Notes under the pieces: model-generated
What the model was told of the DNA's origin: nothing
Database searches by the model: none
Seen by the model: the letters and a program-made list of their open reading frames with translations, nothing else
Assembly: GCA_020137815.1 (NCBI GenBank)
Contig: CM035356.1
Span: 3,286,001-3,350,000, forward strand
Length of the DNA: 64,000 nt
Direction: 5' to 3'
Origin: Hormiphora californensis
Lineage: Eukaryota; Animalia; Ctenophora
Position numbers and translations under genes: made by a program
Part shown: positions 52,499 to 64,000 of the stretch, one piece after another
Numbering within the stretch: the stretch's first letter is position 1
Layout: the number at the start of each line of letters is the position of its first letter

Positions 52499-54302
52499 CC
52501 TCCCCTCTCTCTCAGGTATGAACCTGTTGAATATCAAGACGAGGGAATGGGATGAGCACCTCTGTACTCTCTCTGGGGTTGATGTTCGTAACAAACTAGG
52601 ATCACCAGCACCTGCCATTCCAGAGGTACTGTACCAAGGTTTTAAATCTAGACAAACATGACGAATATGATTCAAAATTGTACAAAATGGAACCAGAGTC
52701 CTGGGGTGATATGATTTCCCACCAGATCATTTCTCTCGCTATACTGAAAAGTAATTTCTATTGCAGGAGCCCATTCTAGTTAGCAGATACATGGTACAGA
52801 GGTATTCCTTTTCCCCCACCTGTGCGGTATCTAGATTTGTAGGGGATAATCCTTCAACCTTGATTGGTCTAAATCTGGGCAAATCAGACATCGCTCTGTC
52901 ACTGGGTGAGTTTAAATGGTTTAGTACTTGATTTGATTATGTTTTAATAATTCCTCTCTAGTTCCCCCTAGTTACTCCCTATTTACCCCCTATTTACCCC
53001 CTATTTACCCCCTAGTTACTCCCTAGTTACTCCCTAGTTACCCCTACTCCCTAGTAACTCCCTAGTAACACAGCCCCCCCCCCCTGTTAGGTACAAGTGA
53101 TGTAGTGGTGAGGTGTGGTGATGATTTGACACCCTCCCCTAACACCCACACCTTCTATCACCCCCTAGTTACCCCCTAGTTACCCCCTAGTAACCCCCTA
53201 GTAACACACCCCCTCCTCTAGGTACAAGTGATGTGGTGGTGAGGTGTGGTGATGATTTGACACCCTCCCCTGACACCCACACCTTCTGTCACCCCCTTCA
53301 CCCCCACACCAGCTACATGCAGATTCTCTGCTATAAGAATGCCAGTCTCACAAGGTAAGGGGGTCATAGACAAAACGAGTTGGAGATTAATTCAGTCTTC
53401 GCTCATAATCTTATCAGTGTGCTGAGCACACTGTGCTCATGTATCACATGTTGAAACAAAGAGTTCTCAAAAGCTGAACTGTCAATTTATTGATTTAGTA
53501 TCATTTATATATCGTTGTTAAAAAGCATGATTTTGATTGATAAATCTCTGTTTCCAGGGAAGAATTGAAAACAAAGTACTGCAAAACAGGCACATGGGAG
53601 GAGTACGGAAAGATAATTAGAGAGACTAATACACCTCTTGTTTCTGCTTACTTTCCACACCCTGAAATACTGCCATTCGGTGTTTCTGGGGCGTACACTT
53701 CGGGTTAGTTAATTTCAAGTTTTCGACCGGATAAAATGTCGAGTTCGAGTTACCGACTGTTCGTAATTTTGTCCCAAATCCAGTTAAAACTGCTCTAAAA
53801 AGTATATTAGACATTTTGAGGAATTTATAAATTATACATTCCTTGACCGCACAACATGTTACTTTTCATGTTAATTATTATGCTAATTATCATGTTTGTA
53901 CCTGTATAACCTAACACACAACATCACTGTGTAGGTGACGGAGACCTCTGGGAACACCCTTCTTCAGACATCATCACCTCCATCACCGAGGGACAATTCC
54001 TATCCCAATCCCTCCACACCTCACCTCCACCATCTCGACTAGTGGTAGTGGGAGGTGCTAGCTCTAATACCCCTCTACTGGAACTAATCAGTAACGCCTT
54101 CTCCTGTCCTGTGTACCGGAATGTAACAAGTAATGTGGCAGCACTGGGTGGTGCGTATCTTGGTGTTATTGCTGCAGGGAGGCAGGTTCCTTCTACTCAG
54201 GGGTGTTGGGAGCTTGTTGCTCAACCTGATGAGAGTAGGAAGGGAGAGTGGGATAGGAAGAGAGAGGAGTATCGAGGACTGGAGGCAACCTTTCGTGATT
54301 AG
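49941..54302 (+). CDS. XYLB: Xylulokinase (FGGY family), ~508 aa. Exons 49941-50036, 50102-50254, 51769-51945, 52103-52170, 52252-52388, 52516-52625, 52767-52905, 53222-53354, 53558-53703, 53935-54302
   Basis: Motifs [115 protein letters not shown]. The exons sum to an in-frame 1527 nt. Confidence 0.92.
50287..51612 (+). CDS. DTYMK: Thymidylate (dTMP) kinase, 213 aa, nested in XYLB intron 2 on the same strand. Exons 50287-50408, 50695-50799, 50922-51061, 51338-51612
   Basis: [23 protein letters not shown]-loop, [53 protein letters not shown]. All GT-AG, 642 nt in frame. Confidence 0.95.
50474..50682. repeat. 14-15-bp minisatellite (ctccctaaataaaa) in DTYMK intron 1
   Basis: About 14 tandem units ending just before the acceptor at 50694. 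Confidence 0.9.
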
Positions 54303-54518
54303 TAATGATTTAAACTGAATTTATGGTTTGTGTGTGTCTTACATTTTGGGATTTATAATGCATGTTTTCAAATGTGTATTACGTTACGATTATTGCCTCT
54401 TTATCTCTCGACTACTGCACCATACATGATCTCTATCCATGGTGTATCAAAGCAAAGTTAAGGTGTAGACAAAGTTTATTAACTATTGTAACGGCCCCTT
54501 CTCTAGCCCCAGTAGATC

Positions 54519-56605
54519 ATGACAATGGAGGTAGATGAAGTAGCCAAGGAGAATGTGAAACCAGTGAAGAAGATGAAACTAACGCAGGAACTACCTTGGA
54601 TCGAGAAACACAGGCCCAAGTAGGAGAATGTATAATAACCTATCATCTATGAGCACGTTATAATTTTGGTGATTTTCGTCACTGATCTGCCCAACCTACC
54701 ATAGCCATGTATCGTGCTGAGTCTGAGAATTACATGTACTAACATCAAACATGTACTAACATCTAATCCCCCCAGGTACCTGCCTCAAATTGTGGGCAAT
54801 GAAGACACGGTGAAGAGGTTGTCTGTATTTGCAGAAGAGGGAAACTTGCCTAACATCATTATCGCTGGTCCACCCGGTATTGGAAAGACAACCACTATAC
54901 TCTGCCTTGCTAGGGCGTTACTAGGTAACTGTTTTGGGCACGTCGCGCTATCCCCTGTACATCCCCGACGAAGTTGGCAGCTTCGCTGCCAAGTAACTGT
55001 TGCATGCTAGAGCGTTGCTAGGTAACTGTTGCTAGAGCGTTACTAGGTAACTCTTGCTAGGGCGTTACTAGGTAACTGTTGCTAGGGCGTTGCTAGGTAA
55101 TTGTTGCTAGGGTGTTGCTATGTAACTGTTGCTAGGGTGTTACTAACAACACTGTATCAGGTACCGCATTGAAAGAGGGAGTTCTGGAGTTGAATGCTTC
55201 AAACGAGAGAGGCATTGATGTGGTGAGAAACAGAATCAAGATGTTTGCTCAGAAGAAAGTGACTCTTCCCCCGGGTGAGTATTTTAGTGACGTGTGACGT
55301 CATCACCTGTGACGTCATTGTTTCAAATCACAAGATTCCAAGTACTAAGATTAACACACACACGTCATACTACCCATCCAATTAACATTAACATATTATT
55401 GTGTCTATCAGGTCGCCACAAGATATCTTAAGATATCCCATTAACATTGACATGTCTCCCCCAGGTCGCCACAAGATGGTTATTCTTGACGAGGCTGATT
55501 CCATGACCTCAGCAGCTCAGGAGGCACTCCGGCGAACGATGGAGATATACTCCAAAACTACACGGTTTGCTCTAGCATGCAATACCTCCGATAAGATAAT
55601 TGAACCGATACAGTCCCGGTGCACCATGCTGAGGTGAGTGAGGCTGCTGAATATATCAACCCGATAGAATATGTCCTTTATTGCTCATGTGGTAACCCCT
55701 CGTATCTAGGTATTTGTCACCATGGCAATCCCCCTTATCTAGGTATTCAAAAGTAACAGACGCCCAGATGTTGGGTCGTCTCCTGGAGATATGTGACGCG
55801 GAGAGTATCGTAAAGACAGATGACGGCCTGGAGGCTATCATCTTCACCGCACAGGGTGACATGAGGCAGGCGGTGAATAACCTTCAGGCAACATACCAGG
55901 TACAGACGGATAGGGTGTACCAAAAACACTTCTTCCATCACTCTCTTCCTCCTTATTTCCCCTTCCCCCACGACTAATCCTATCCCTTCCCCCGTCCACC
56001 TCCCTACCCCCTCCTTGTAAGTAAGTATGTTGATCCTTACTCAACAACAACTAACACCCCTCCCCCTCCTCAGGGTTACGGTATAGTGAATGGTGTGAAT
56101 GTGTTCAAGGTTTGCGATGAGCCCCACCCCCTGTTAGTCAGGGACATGTTGACTAAATGTCAGGAGGGGGATATTGATGGGGCCTACTCCATTCTTCACT
56201 CCCTCTGGAAGTTAGGATACTCCCCGGAGGATATCATCAATAACATCAGAAAGGTGAGTTTACAAATCAAAACACGAGTTTAAAGAAACCTACTGCGGAG
56301 AAATCCCATTTCTCTGTAGAGTTCTCCCTGAGGATCAATTCCATACACAATCACAGTGAAAGGTGAGTATTTGTTTAGTCAGCATTAGCCTGACAGCCTT
56401 TTTAGTTTTAAAATCCCCCCTCAACACTTCTTCTTCGTCCCAGGTGTGCCAGACGCAAGAGATGCCCGAATACCTAAAGCTACTCTATCTAAAAGAGGTC
56501 GGATATGCCCACCTGAGGATTAGTCAAGGCGTCAACTCCCTTCTTCAGCTTAGCGGACTGCTAGCTAAACTTTGCACAGTCACAACAGCCAAATCAATGT
56601 CGTGA
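54519..56605 (+). CDS. RFC2: Replication factor C small subunit 2 (40 kDa; yeast Rfc4 orthologue), ~343 aa. Exons 54519-54619, 54776-54924, 55161-55274, 55465-55633, 55743-55899, 56074-56253, 56444-56605
   Basis: [121 protein letters not shown]. The exons sum to 1032 nt. Confidence 0.96.
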
Positions 56606-56929
56606 TAGGAATGTCGTAATGAGGGATGGATTGAGAGACACGTTACACATAGAGTGGAAATGTAATGGACTGCTTTGTGACAAAGAAGCCTTTTTATTTG
56701 AATTGTATTTTTAAAACTGCGTTATAATAATTTTAGACAGCTTGTTTTTGTTATAACAATACAAAGATGAAACAGATAAAACACAATACATATTTCATTG
56801 TAACTCTCACACACAACAAGGCGATATACACATCAACCCCTAAAGTCAGCGGTGATTGACCCCCGTGCGTAAGGTCCCCATATGGGGTTCACGCCCATGA
56901 CAACCGCTCTAATCAAATCAAATGAACCC

Positions 56930-59900
56930 CTAAATATCCCGGACCCATATAATTTCGGGGTCTGATATACCCGATATATCACTATAATGAGCCGTTCCAG
57001 TTAGTGCAACTGCGATCAAAACCACACACAAAATCTCTCTTTCTCTCACCGTTTGCTCCTCCCATTGATAGATAACAGTGACCCTAAAGATCCAAGAGAG
57101 TTCATTCTACTACCATGAGGGGCAGCCATCCCCTTAGGAACAATGTTCACATCATAACTCTCATCTGTCTCATAATGAAGCATCTTCACAATAAACTTGT
57201 ACATTCCACTCTCCGCTACAGAGGGCCGTTTGATTTTGTATACAAAGTACCCCTTGCGGGTGAATTTAGGTTTTATATACAGTTGGGTATCATCTCGGTA
57301 CAATCTGATGTCCGTGTTTTTCTTGATATCCCCGTGCCGCAGTGCAAAGTTCTGCATTTGAGGTTTACACGCTAGGAGGAAACTCTTCCCAGCCTCCTGG
57401 TCACCCCTTGGGAACTTGGTTTTCAGGTACAGGTGTTCTGACGTGGTGAATCGTGTTGTGAGGTTCTTGCTGTCCAGAGTTTCATCACTTCTCAGTGTTG
57501 TATCATTATGGGGTGAAGTAGTAGTGTCTTCCTCATCATTATCAGCAGCTAGAGCGAGGAGAGTGTTGGCAACTATACTCTCTTCTGCTGTCAGATCATC
57601 GCTCCTCAGGGGTAGCACCTCACTCTTCTCAAATAGTGTGGAGGGAGGAGGGGTTGCTGAATCACTTCTTACAATCTCCCCACTCTTATCGGGACTTGTC
57701 TCTGATGTATCACCAGCTGATGTTTCACAAACAATGACAACAGGCACCTCAGGTGAACTGCCCCTTCGTTTAGTTGTTTCTGTCGAGGTATCCGACTCCC
57801 CCTCCTCCTCTTCATCTTGTACTGCCGTGCTGCTGGTCATCTTATCCAAGATATTCTTGATGGCGTCCGATTCACAGAATATCCCAGCCCCCTCTTCAAG
57901 ATCCTCATCCCCCTCACTACTACTTGTCTCCCCACCTTCTAACAGATCCGGGGTTTCTACCTGCAGTACTGTTGTTATCGACTTCTCATCCTCCTCTTCC
58001 TCCCCTTCTTCTTCTTTACCCATGATCTCTGTAACTTCTGTAAAGTCAGTTTTGGAGTCAGATGTACTAGAACCTGAGCTACTGCTGACAACACTCTCCA
58101 CTGTTGGGAGCTCCAGTGGTGTTACTTCCATTCCCACTTCGTTGTCGTGGTGATCTGATCCGGTACCGTGGTTGTCATGGTGATCTGCTCCGTGGTTGTC
58201 ATGGTGATCTGCTCCGTGGTTGTCATGGTGATCTGGTCCGTGGTTGTCATGGTGATCTGATCCGGAACCGTGGTTGTCATGGTGATCTGATCCGGCCCCG
58301 TGATCTGATCCCCCTCCACAGCAGACGTGGGGCAGTGGAAGTGGTTCGGGTGATGGGACCCTTATGGATCCCTCGCTAGATGATGAACTAAGTGACTCTG
58401 CTTCCTCAAGTGCTAGAATATTCTGAACACCATCTGACCCAGGTGAAGAAACAAAGGACGAACTACTGGAACTACTGGAATCTGATTCAACTCCTTGCAG
58501 GACAAAATCTGTCGGGAAAATTGGATTTATTTTTAACACCAGTTCGTCTTCTGAAGATGAGTTTTTGGGTGTTTCCACCCTCTCCTCTGTAATCTCGTTG
58601 TCCCGGGGAGGAGTGTCCAATTGGAGATGATCCTCAGAGGAAGATTTAATATTAGCAGGAACATCAATAACTACACTGGAGAAAGTATTCAGCTTATTCC
58701 CACTGCTGTCACAAGATTTAGAGGAGAATGTCGAGTGTTCACTGTCTGAAGTCCTCATCTGAACCATCATATTGTGATCTGATTCCTCCGAGCTTGAACT
58801 TGATACAGATGACTTCCTGAGTTCAGCACATGGCACCTGGATGTCTGGAAGATCGGCATACCCACAGGTTGTGTGCCCTGTAATTCTGATTGTTTCGCAT
58901 GCAGTGTCTATCTGATCTTGGACAAGTGATCGTGCCACTGCTAACTCTATCTGCTCTTCAACAAACTTCTCCACCTCCTTCTTGTTTACAGGTTCATCTA
59001 CAGTTACAGAACACACCGACTCCTCCTTGACTTCTCTGTAGTCGTCTTGCTCTGAATCATGTTCCTCTTTCTCAAACTCGATCTCAGAAAAGGTCGATCT
59101 GTCACTGATCCCTGCAGCTGTTTCAACTGCCAGTATTGGAGTCTCTACAACTAAATCTTCATCCTCGCTGTCTGTAAAGGACAACTGCGTTAGGATATTT
59201 GCTGCTCGTAACGTCTGGGATTTACCTCGCTCCCCTTTTTCGATATCAACTGTAGAAGTAGCCTCAACTACCTCAATTTGAGGTGTAGTTTCGTCAACTA
59301 AGGGTGTGGCAATCTCAATGAGCGGCTCGGTTTCCATAGCAACCTCAATGAGCGGCTCAGTTTCCATAGCAACCTCAATGAGCGGTTCAGGTTCCATAGC
59401 AACCTCAATGAGCGGTTCTGGTACCATAGCAACAGGAGATGCAGCAACCTCAATGAGCGGTTCAGGTTCCATAGCAACCTCAATGAGCGGTTCAGGTTCC
59501 ATAGCAACGGGAGATGTAGCAACCTCAATGAGCGGTTCAGGTTCCATAGTAACAGGAGATGCAGCAACCTCAATGAGCGGTTCAGGTTCCATAGCAACGG
59601 GAGATGCAGCAACCTCAATGAGCGGTTCCATAGCAACGGGAGATTTAGTAGCCTCAATGAGCGGCTCGGTTTCCATAGCAACCTCAATGAGCGGCTCGGT
59701 TTCCATAGCAACCTCAATGAGCGGCTCGGTTTCCATAGCAACCTCAATGAGCGGTTCAGGTTCCATAGCAACCTCAATGAGCGGTTCGGGTTCCATAGTA
59801 ACCTCAATGGGCGGTTCCATAGCAACGGGAGTTTTAATTTCCGGTTCTGGCTCGGCAGGTCGCTCAACATCTAGTTCTTCTTGGGGCTCTACTACAGGGA

Positions 59901-62303
59901 CTACAATCTCTGGTTCAATGGAATGCTCCATCTTCAGATCCATTTCAGCAAGTTCGATTTCATCTTTTGATTCTGTAGCTTTGGGATATTCCTGTATTTC
60001 TAGGTCCGATTGTCCAACATGTTTCACATCTGAGACTCCGTCGATAGTTTGATCTAGGACCACAGTAACCTCTTCATCACATAACTCCTCCAAGCTCCCC
60101 CTCCCATCATCCGTGACCTGAGAGGACAGCTCAACATGACCGTCTGGTGAAGTTTCCTTATAAGGCAATGATTGTGCTGCTGGAGACTCTACCTGGTAAC
60201 CAGTAGTCAACTCTGATTCAACCGTCTCGGTTATCTCAAAAGTGGTCTGAGCTAGAACACCAGTAATCATTGTCTGAGAGTCACCTGATTCAGAGGTGCT
60301 ACAGGAAGAAGATGCTGACTCACTGGAGGAATGGCGGGAGGTACTGTCAGCGGTGAGGTGTTGCAAATCATCACCTGTAGTAGGTGGCATGGATGGGTCT
60401 GTAGAACTGTGTATTTGGTCCCCCTCTGTACCAACCTCAGGGAGGTTGTTAGGGAGGTTGTCAGGGAGGTTGTCAGGGAGGTTGTCGGGGGTACCAGGAC
60501 ATACTATCAGCGATACCTCACACATCTCTGGTTCTTTTAAATCGACTACTTGCTCCGGGGTACCTTCACCTGTTAGTTTCTCCTCAGATGGCTCGCTGTG
60601 TCCTGAGCTCTCAATCTCAGTGGCTGGTACAATATCGAGGGGCTGCAACACGTCAACACTCATTTTCCTGATTCTCTGGAGACTAGCCCTCAGTTCCTCC
60701 TCGGAACAGATGGATGACACATCTGAGTGTTGCCGGGGTGTAATTGGGTGAACATGGAGGTCAGCTGCTGTCAGGTGATTGGACGGGTCATCATCATCTG
60801 AGGAAGATGAGGAGGAAGAGGAGGAGTGACGTGGTTTTACCAGGAATTTAATAGGTATCGTCAATGGAGGACTGGTACCATTCATTACATGACACTCTGC
60901 CTCCTCTTCTGAGTGATCCATTCCGTTTAGCGGTGACGTAGCATTAATTTCGACATCATCCCCAATCTCTCCCCCACCACACGTAATAGAAATAGTCTCT
61001 GGTACATCATCGTCTTCACAGGGCGGCTGAATAGAGGGTGGAAGATCAATTGTCGGAGGGGCTGATTCCAACTCCTCAGTTACCTCCATAACAACAATTG
61101 GAAAACTGGAATTGGAACTCCCTGACATCTCCTCACAAGTCTCACACCCCGTGGGATGTACCTCTTGATCATCCTCCTCGTCCAGAGACTCGCATTCCAG
61201 AACCATGCTGTCCTGTTTGTAGACATTGTCCTCCATTGTATAGACATCCCCGGACATCTCAAACCCTTCCTTCTCCTCTAACCCAGATAGTATGTTAGTT
61301 ATTGTGTTCATGGCATCTACCACTTTCTCACTCAGGGCACCGGATGACTGTCGTCTCAACTCTGCCAATATCTCTTCCCTCCCTCCCTCACTCCGATCGT
61401 GGTGAACCGTTTCAGGGGTGTCTGGAGGGGTTTCCGGCTGGAGGAAGGACTCGGAGCTGGAATCTTGAAGGTTTGTCTCTTGGGAAATGTGGACTAGTTC
61501 AACTAGTGTCTTAACGGGTAGGTCCAGATGGCCGAGGGGGAAGTTTTCCTCCTGTGGAGAATAGTCGAGGAGAACTTTGTCTGGGTCCAACATCGGGTTT
61601 ATCCTGAGAATGAGGGGAGGGGGTTATAGATTGAGGAGGTATTATGGAACTGGTATATTATGATATAGAGATCCTGAGAAGGGGGAGGTGTTATATAGAC
61701 TGGGGGAGTGAGGAGAGGAGGGTTATAGAGACTGGGGGAGTGAGGATTGAGGAGGGGAGGTGTTATAGAAACTGGGGGAATGAGGAGGTATCTCACATGT
61801 ATGGAGATCGAGGGAGTTAGAAAATAGAAAATAGAAATTATTCATTACCATAATTTATGTATGATCTGAGTAAGCTATATGACAGACAAGATGTATGCTA
61901 AGTTGCTAGAAAATAAAGATTATATATATGTCAAGTGAGTTCTAAGCAATGAGCAGCACCGGTGTGTATCAGAACTCATTTATCGGCCACTAACGGATCA
62001 GAGTTCTGAATATGGTCATATCGAGAGAAGAAGAAGAAGATCATGCGATTGAAAGTGTGAAATTTCGAGATGATAGAGAAAGGGGATGCGATGTGAAGTC
62101 CGAGACGGGTTACGAGAGAAAGCAAGAGGGGAGAGGGATTGAGGGAAAGAGAGAAGATATTTATAAGAGAGTGACTACATAAAAAGATCATCAACTTTTT
62201 AATTCACTTGACCTGTCAAGGATTATTCCAAGTTTGTCCGTCACTTTCTCAACCTCCTCCTCCAATTCTGATAACTCATCTTCCTCACTCATTGACTGCA
62301 CCT
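56930..62303 (-). CDS. Large acidic Ser/Glu/Pro-rich protein with internal repeats and a C-terminal Ig-like domain. Exons 62303-62213, 61603-57050 (4.55 kb), 56981-56930; 5' end not resolved
   Basis: The 1515-aa ORF is bounded by an acceptor (ttctcag, 61604) and a donor (cg|gtgag, 57049). The upstream exon EVQSMSEEDELSELEEEVEK...ILDR joins in phase. The C-terminal FLLACKP...IRLYRDD...YKIKRPSVAESGMYKFIV resembles an I-set Ig domain. Confidence 0.75.
58140..58312 (-). repeat. Coding His-rich repeat (DHHDNHG) x5-6
   Basis: Tandem ccgtggttgtcatggtgatctg units. Confidence 0.9.
59310..59830 (-). repeat. Coding 30/45-bp minisatellite encoding (EPLIEVAME[P/T]) and (EPLIEVAASPVAMEP)
   Basis: About 15 units containing aacctcaatgagcgg. 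Confidence 0.92.
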
Positions 62304-62321
62304 CTAAGAGAAAGAGAGATG

Positions 62322-63152
62322 GGGGGGGGGGGGGTGCCGGCCAATAATTAATGAGGATGAGGTCTTGTCCAGCGTTTTTCGAATTAATGAGGGCCCTCAA
62401 AAATCCTCAAAAATCCTCAATAATCATCAATAATCATCAACAATTATTTTATAGTTTTTACAAAAATTTTGACGATTACGCATACTATTGGGCATACACA
62501 TTCCTTAATAGGAGTAAAACAGTTAGACAATTTTCCCAGATACCCTGGTGATGGTCCTAAAAACATCCTCAGAAGTCCTCAAAATGAGGCGAAATCGTCA
62601 ATATAAATATGGGGTAAATTTGTGCTGCCTGTGCTGCCTCCACTCTGACACGTGAGGCCCGGGTTCGATTCCCGACCGGGCCCGGGTGGGGACACTTTTT
62701 TTTAAAACTTTTGAAAACTTTATAAATTATTTCTAAAAATTTTCTAGACATTTATCTTACTAGGCAGCAAAATCGTTGATTTTTGGGACAAAGTTGGCAG
62801 CATATTTGACTGAAAATCGTATTCGGTATTTATCTAAAATTTTGAAAATCTGGGCACCGGGGTCTTGTCAAGCATGTGAAGTTGATAACTTTGCTAAAAG
62901 AAAGCAGTGCTTCAAGTGTGGAAAGCCAAAGAGCACAGGCAAGAGCACTTGAATTGATAATCAGTGCATTTTATACCTCTAAAATAAAATATATTATTGT
63001 TTTTTATCAGGCATTTGCTGTGTTTATGTTTAAATAGAACGAAAAGTTTTTGAGGATTTTTGAGGATTTTTGAGGGCTTGTCCAGCAAATAATAAATGAG
63101 GATTTTTGAGGTGACCTCAAAAATCCTCATAAATTCCGGCCGGAACCCCCCC
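62322..63152. mobile_element. ~830-bp non-autonomous DNA transposon with G-rich TIR (ggggggt(g/t)ccggcc) and 8-bp TSD gagagatg (Merlin/MULE-like)
   Basis: TSD at 62314-62321 and 63153-63160; inverted subterminal aaaatcctca/tgaggatttt repeats. Confidence 0.8.
62630..62682 (+). other. tRNA-like 3' half (T-arm/B-box), probably a SINE or tRNA fragment inside the transposon
   Basis: ccggg-ttcgatt-cccg T-arm with B-box ggttcgattcc at 62662-62672. No convincing D-arm, A-box or acceptor stem. Confidence 0.4.
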
Positions 63153-64000
63153 GAGAGATGATTAGCAGGATAATTATAAATCCGGAGAGAAGGATGATCA
63201 GTTATCTGGTGTCACTTTCTAAGCTACTGAAAAGTGACAAGCCAGATGATGTAATCATGGAAAATGGTGGAGGGGCATCATGGAACTAAGTCACTATCAG
63301 AAAAAGGAGCAGAATGTGATCTATCTACAGCTGCAGTGAAAGCAATAGCCCCGCAGCACACTTTGAATGGTATATCAAGTTACCAATTGCTGACAGTGCT
63401 GTGTTTAAAGTGGACAAAACAGAGACCTGTGTGATTGGAATTCATCTGATCCAGCTGTTATTATGTGGTGAAATGATGAACTGTCTCTCTCTCGCTCTAG
63501 CTCGCTGGGAGCTCGCTCTTTCCCTCTCTCTCCCTCTATCTCTCTCTATCGCTTCAACATTAGTTACCTAGCTCGAGTTCTTGATCTCCAGAAACGTTGG
63601 TCATCATCTTGCAAACAATTCAGTCATGAAAATCTGTTACAAAGATTGAATGTTAGGCAAACGAATAATTTAAAGCAAATCATGATAGCGAGTAGAATAA
63701 TATCCAGTTATGTTAATAATAATTATTCGAGTAATTATTGAATATATTCAACATAACTGGATATGAAACACAAAGGTCAAAGGGCCCCAACATGGAGCCT
63801 TCGGTGACACTAAGGACGCTGAGAGGTCGCGAGAAAAAACACTGCTTTATCTAAGCTATCCAACATATTAGTTCTAGAGTAACCTCGTTACGCTTCTCTG
63901 CTAAAATGACAGTTCTGTAACATATTAGCAAATCATGCACTAGTCACGCAAAGTCGAGACGAATGTACTGAAGAAATAGGTAAAGGAGAGAGTGAGAGAG

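Noticed and set aside
57416-60751. Long plus-strand ORFs opposite the giant exon
   Set aside because: Antisense shadows of low-complexity coding sequence and repeats.
62630-62682. Functional tRNA gene
   Set aside because: Only the T-arm/B-box is recognisable; there is no full cloverleaf.

Overview
Eukaryotic, intron-rich, (GA)n-laden animal DNA, most likely a ctenophore. That call is an inference from the gene types and from short MITE families I recall as abundant in Pleurobrachia gene models. From left to right the window holds: (1) an intronless LDLa-repeat class A GPCR (4439-7954); (2) spliced exons of an unnamed protein (13962-~18261), two of which recur at ~32.4-32.8 kb inside a ~1.4 kb segmental duplication; (3) between the duplicates, an intact APE-RT-RNaseH non-LTR retrotransposon ORF on the minus strand, preceded by a 6.5 kb higher-order 43/36-bp tandem array instead of a recognisable ORF1; (4) an ARHGAP6/36-like RhoGAP (~38.9-49.2 kb); (5) a compact same-strand cluster in which a complete 4-exon thymidylate kinase sits inside intron 2 of xylulokinase, 32 nt after the donor, with RFC2 216 bp downstream of the xylulokinase stop; (6) a convergent gene with a 4.55 kb exon encoding an acidic repeat protein with a C-terminal Ig-like domain. 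Recurring oddities are tandem echoes of splice junctions inside introns of five gene models, branch-point-like minisatellites, many short near-perfect hairpins and several MITEs with visible TSDs. Exon models were built by hand from GT-AG signals and frame continuity; no transcript data were available.
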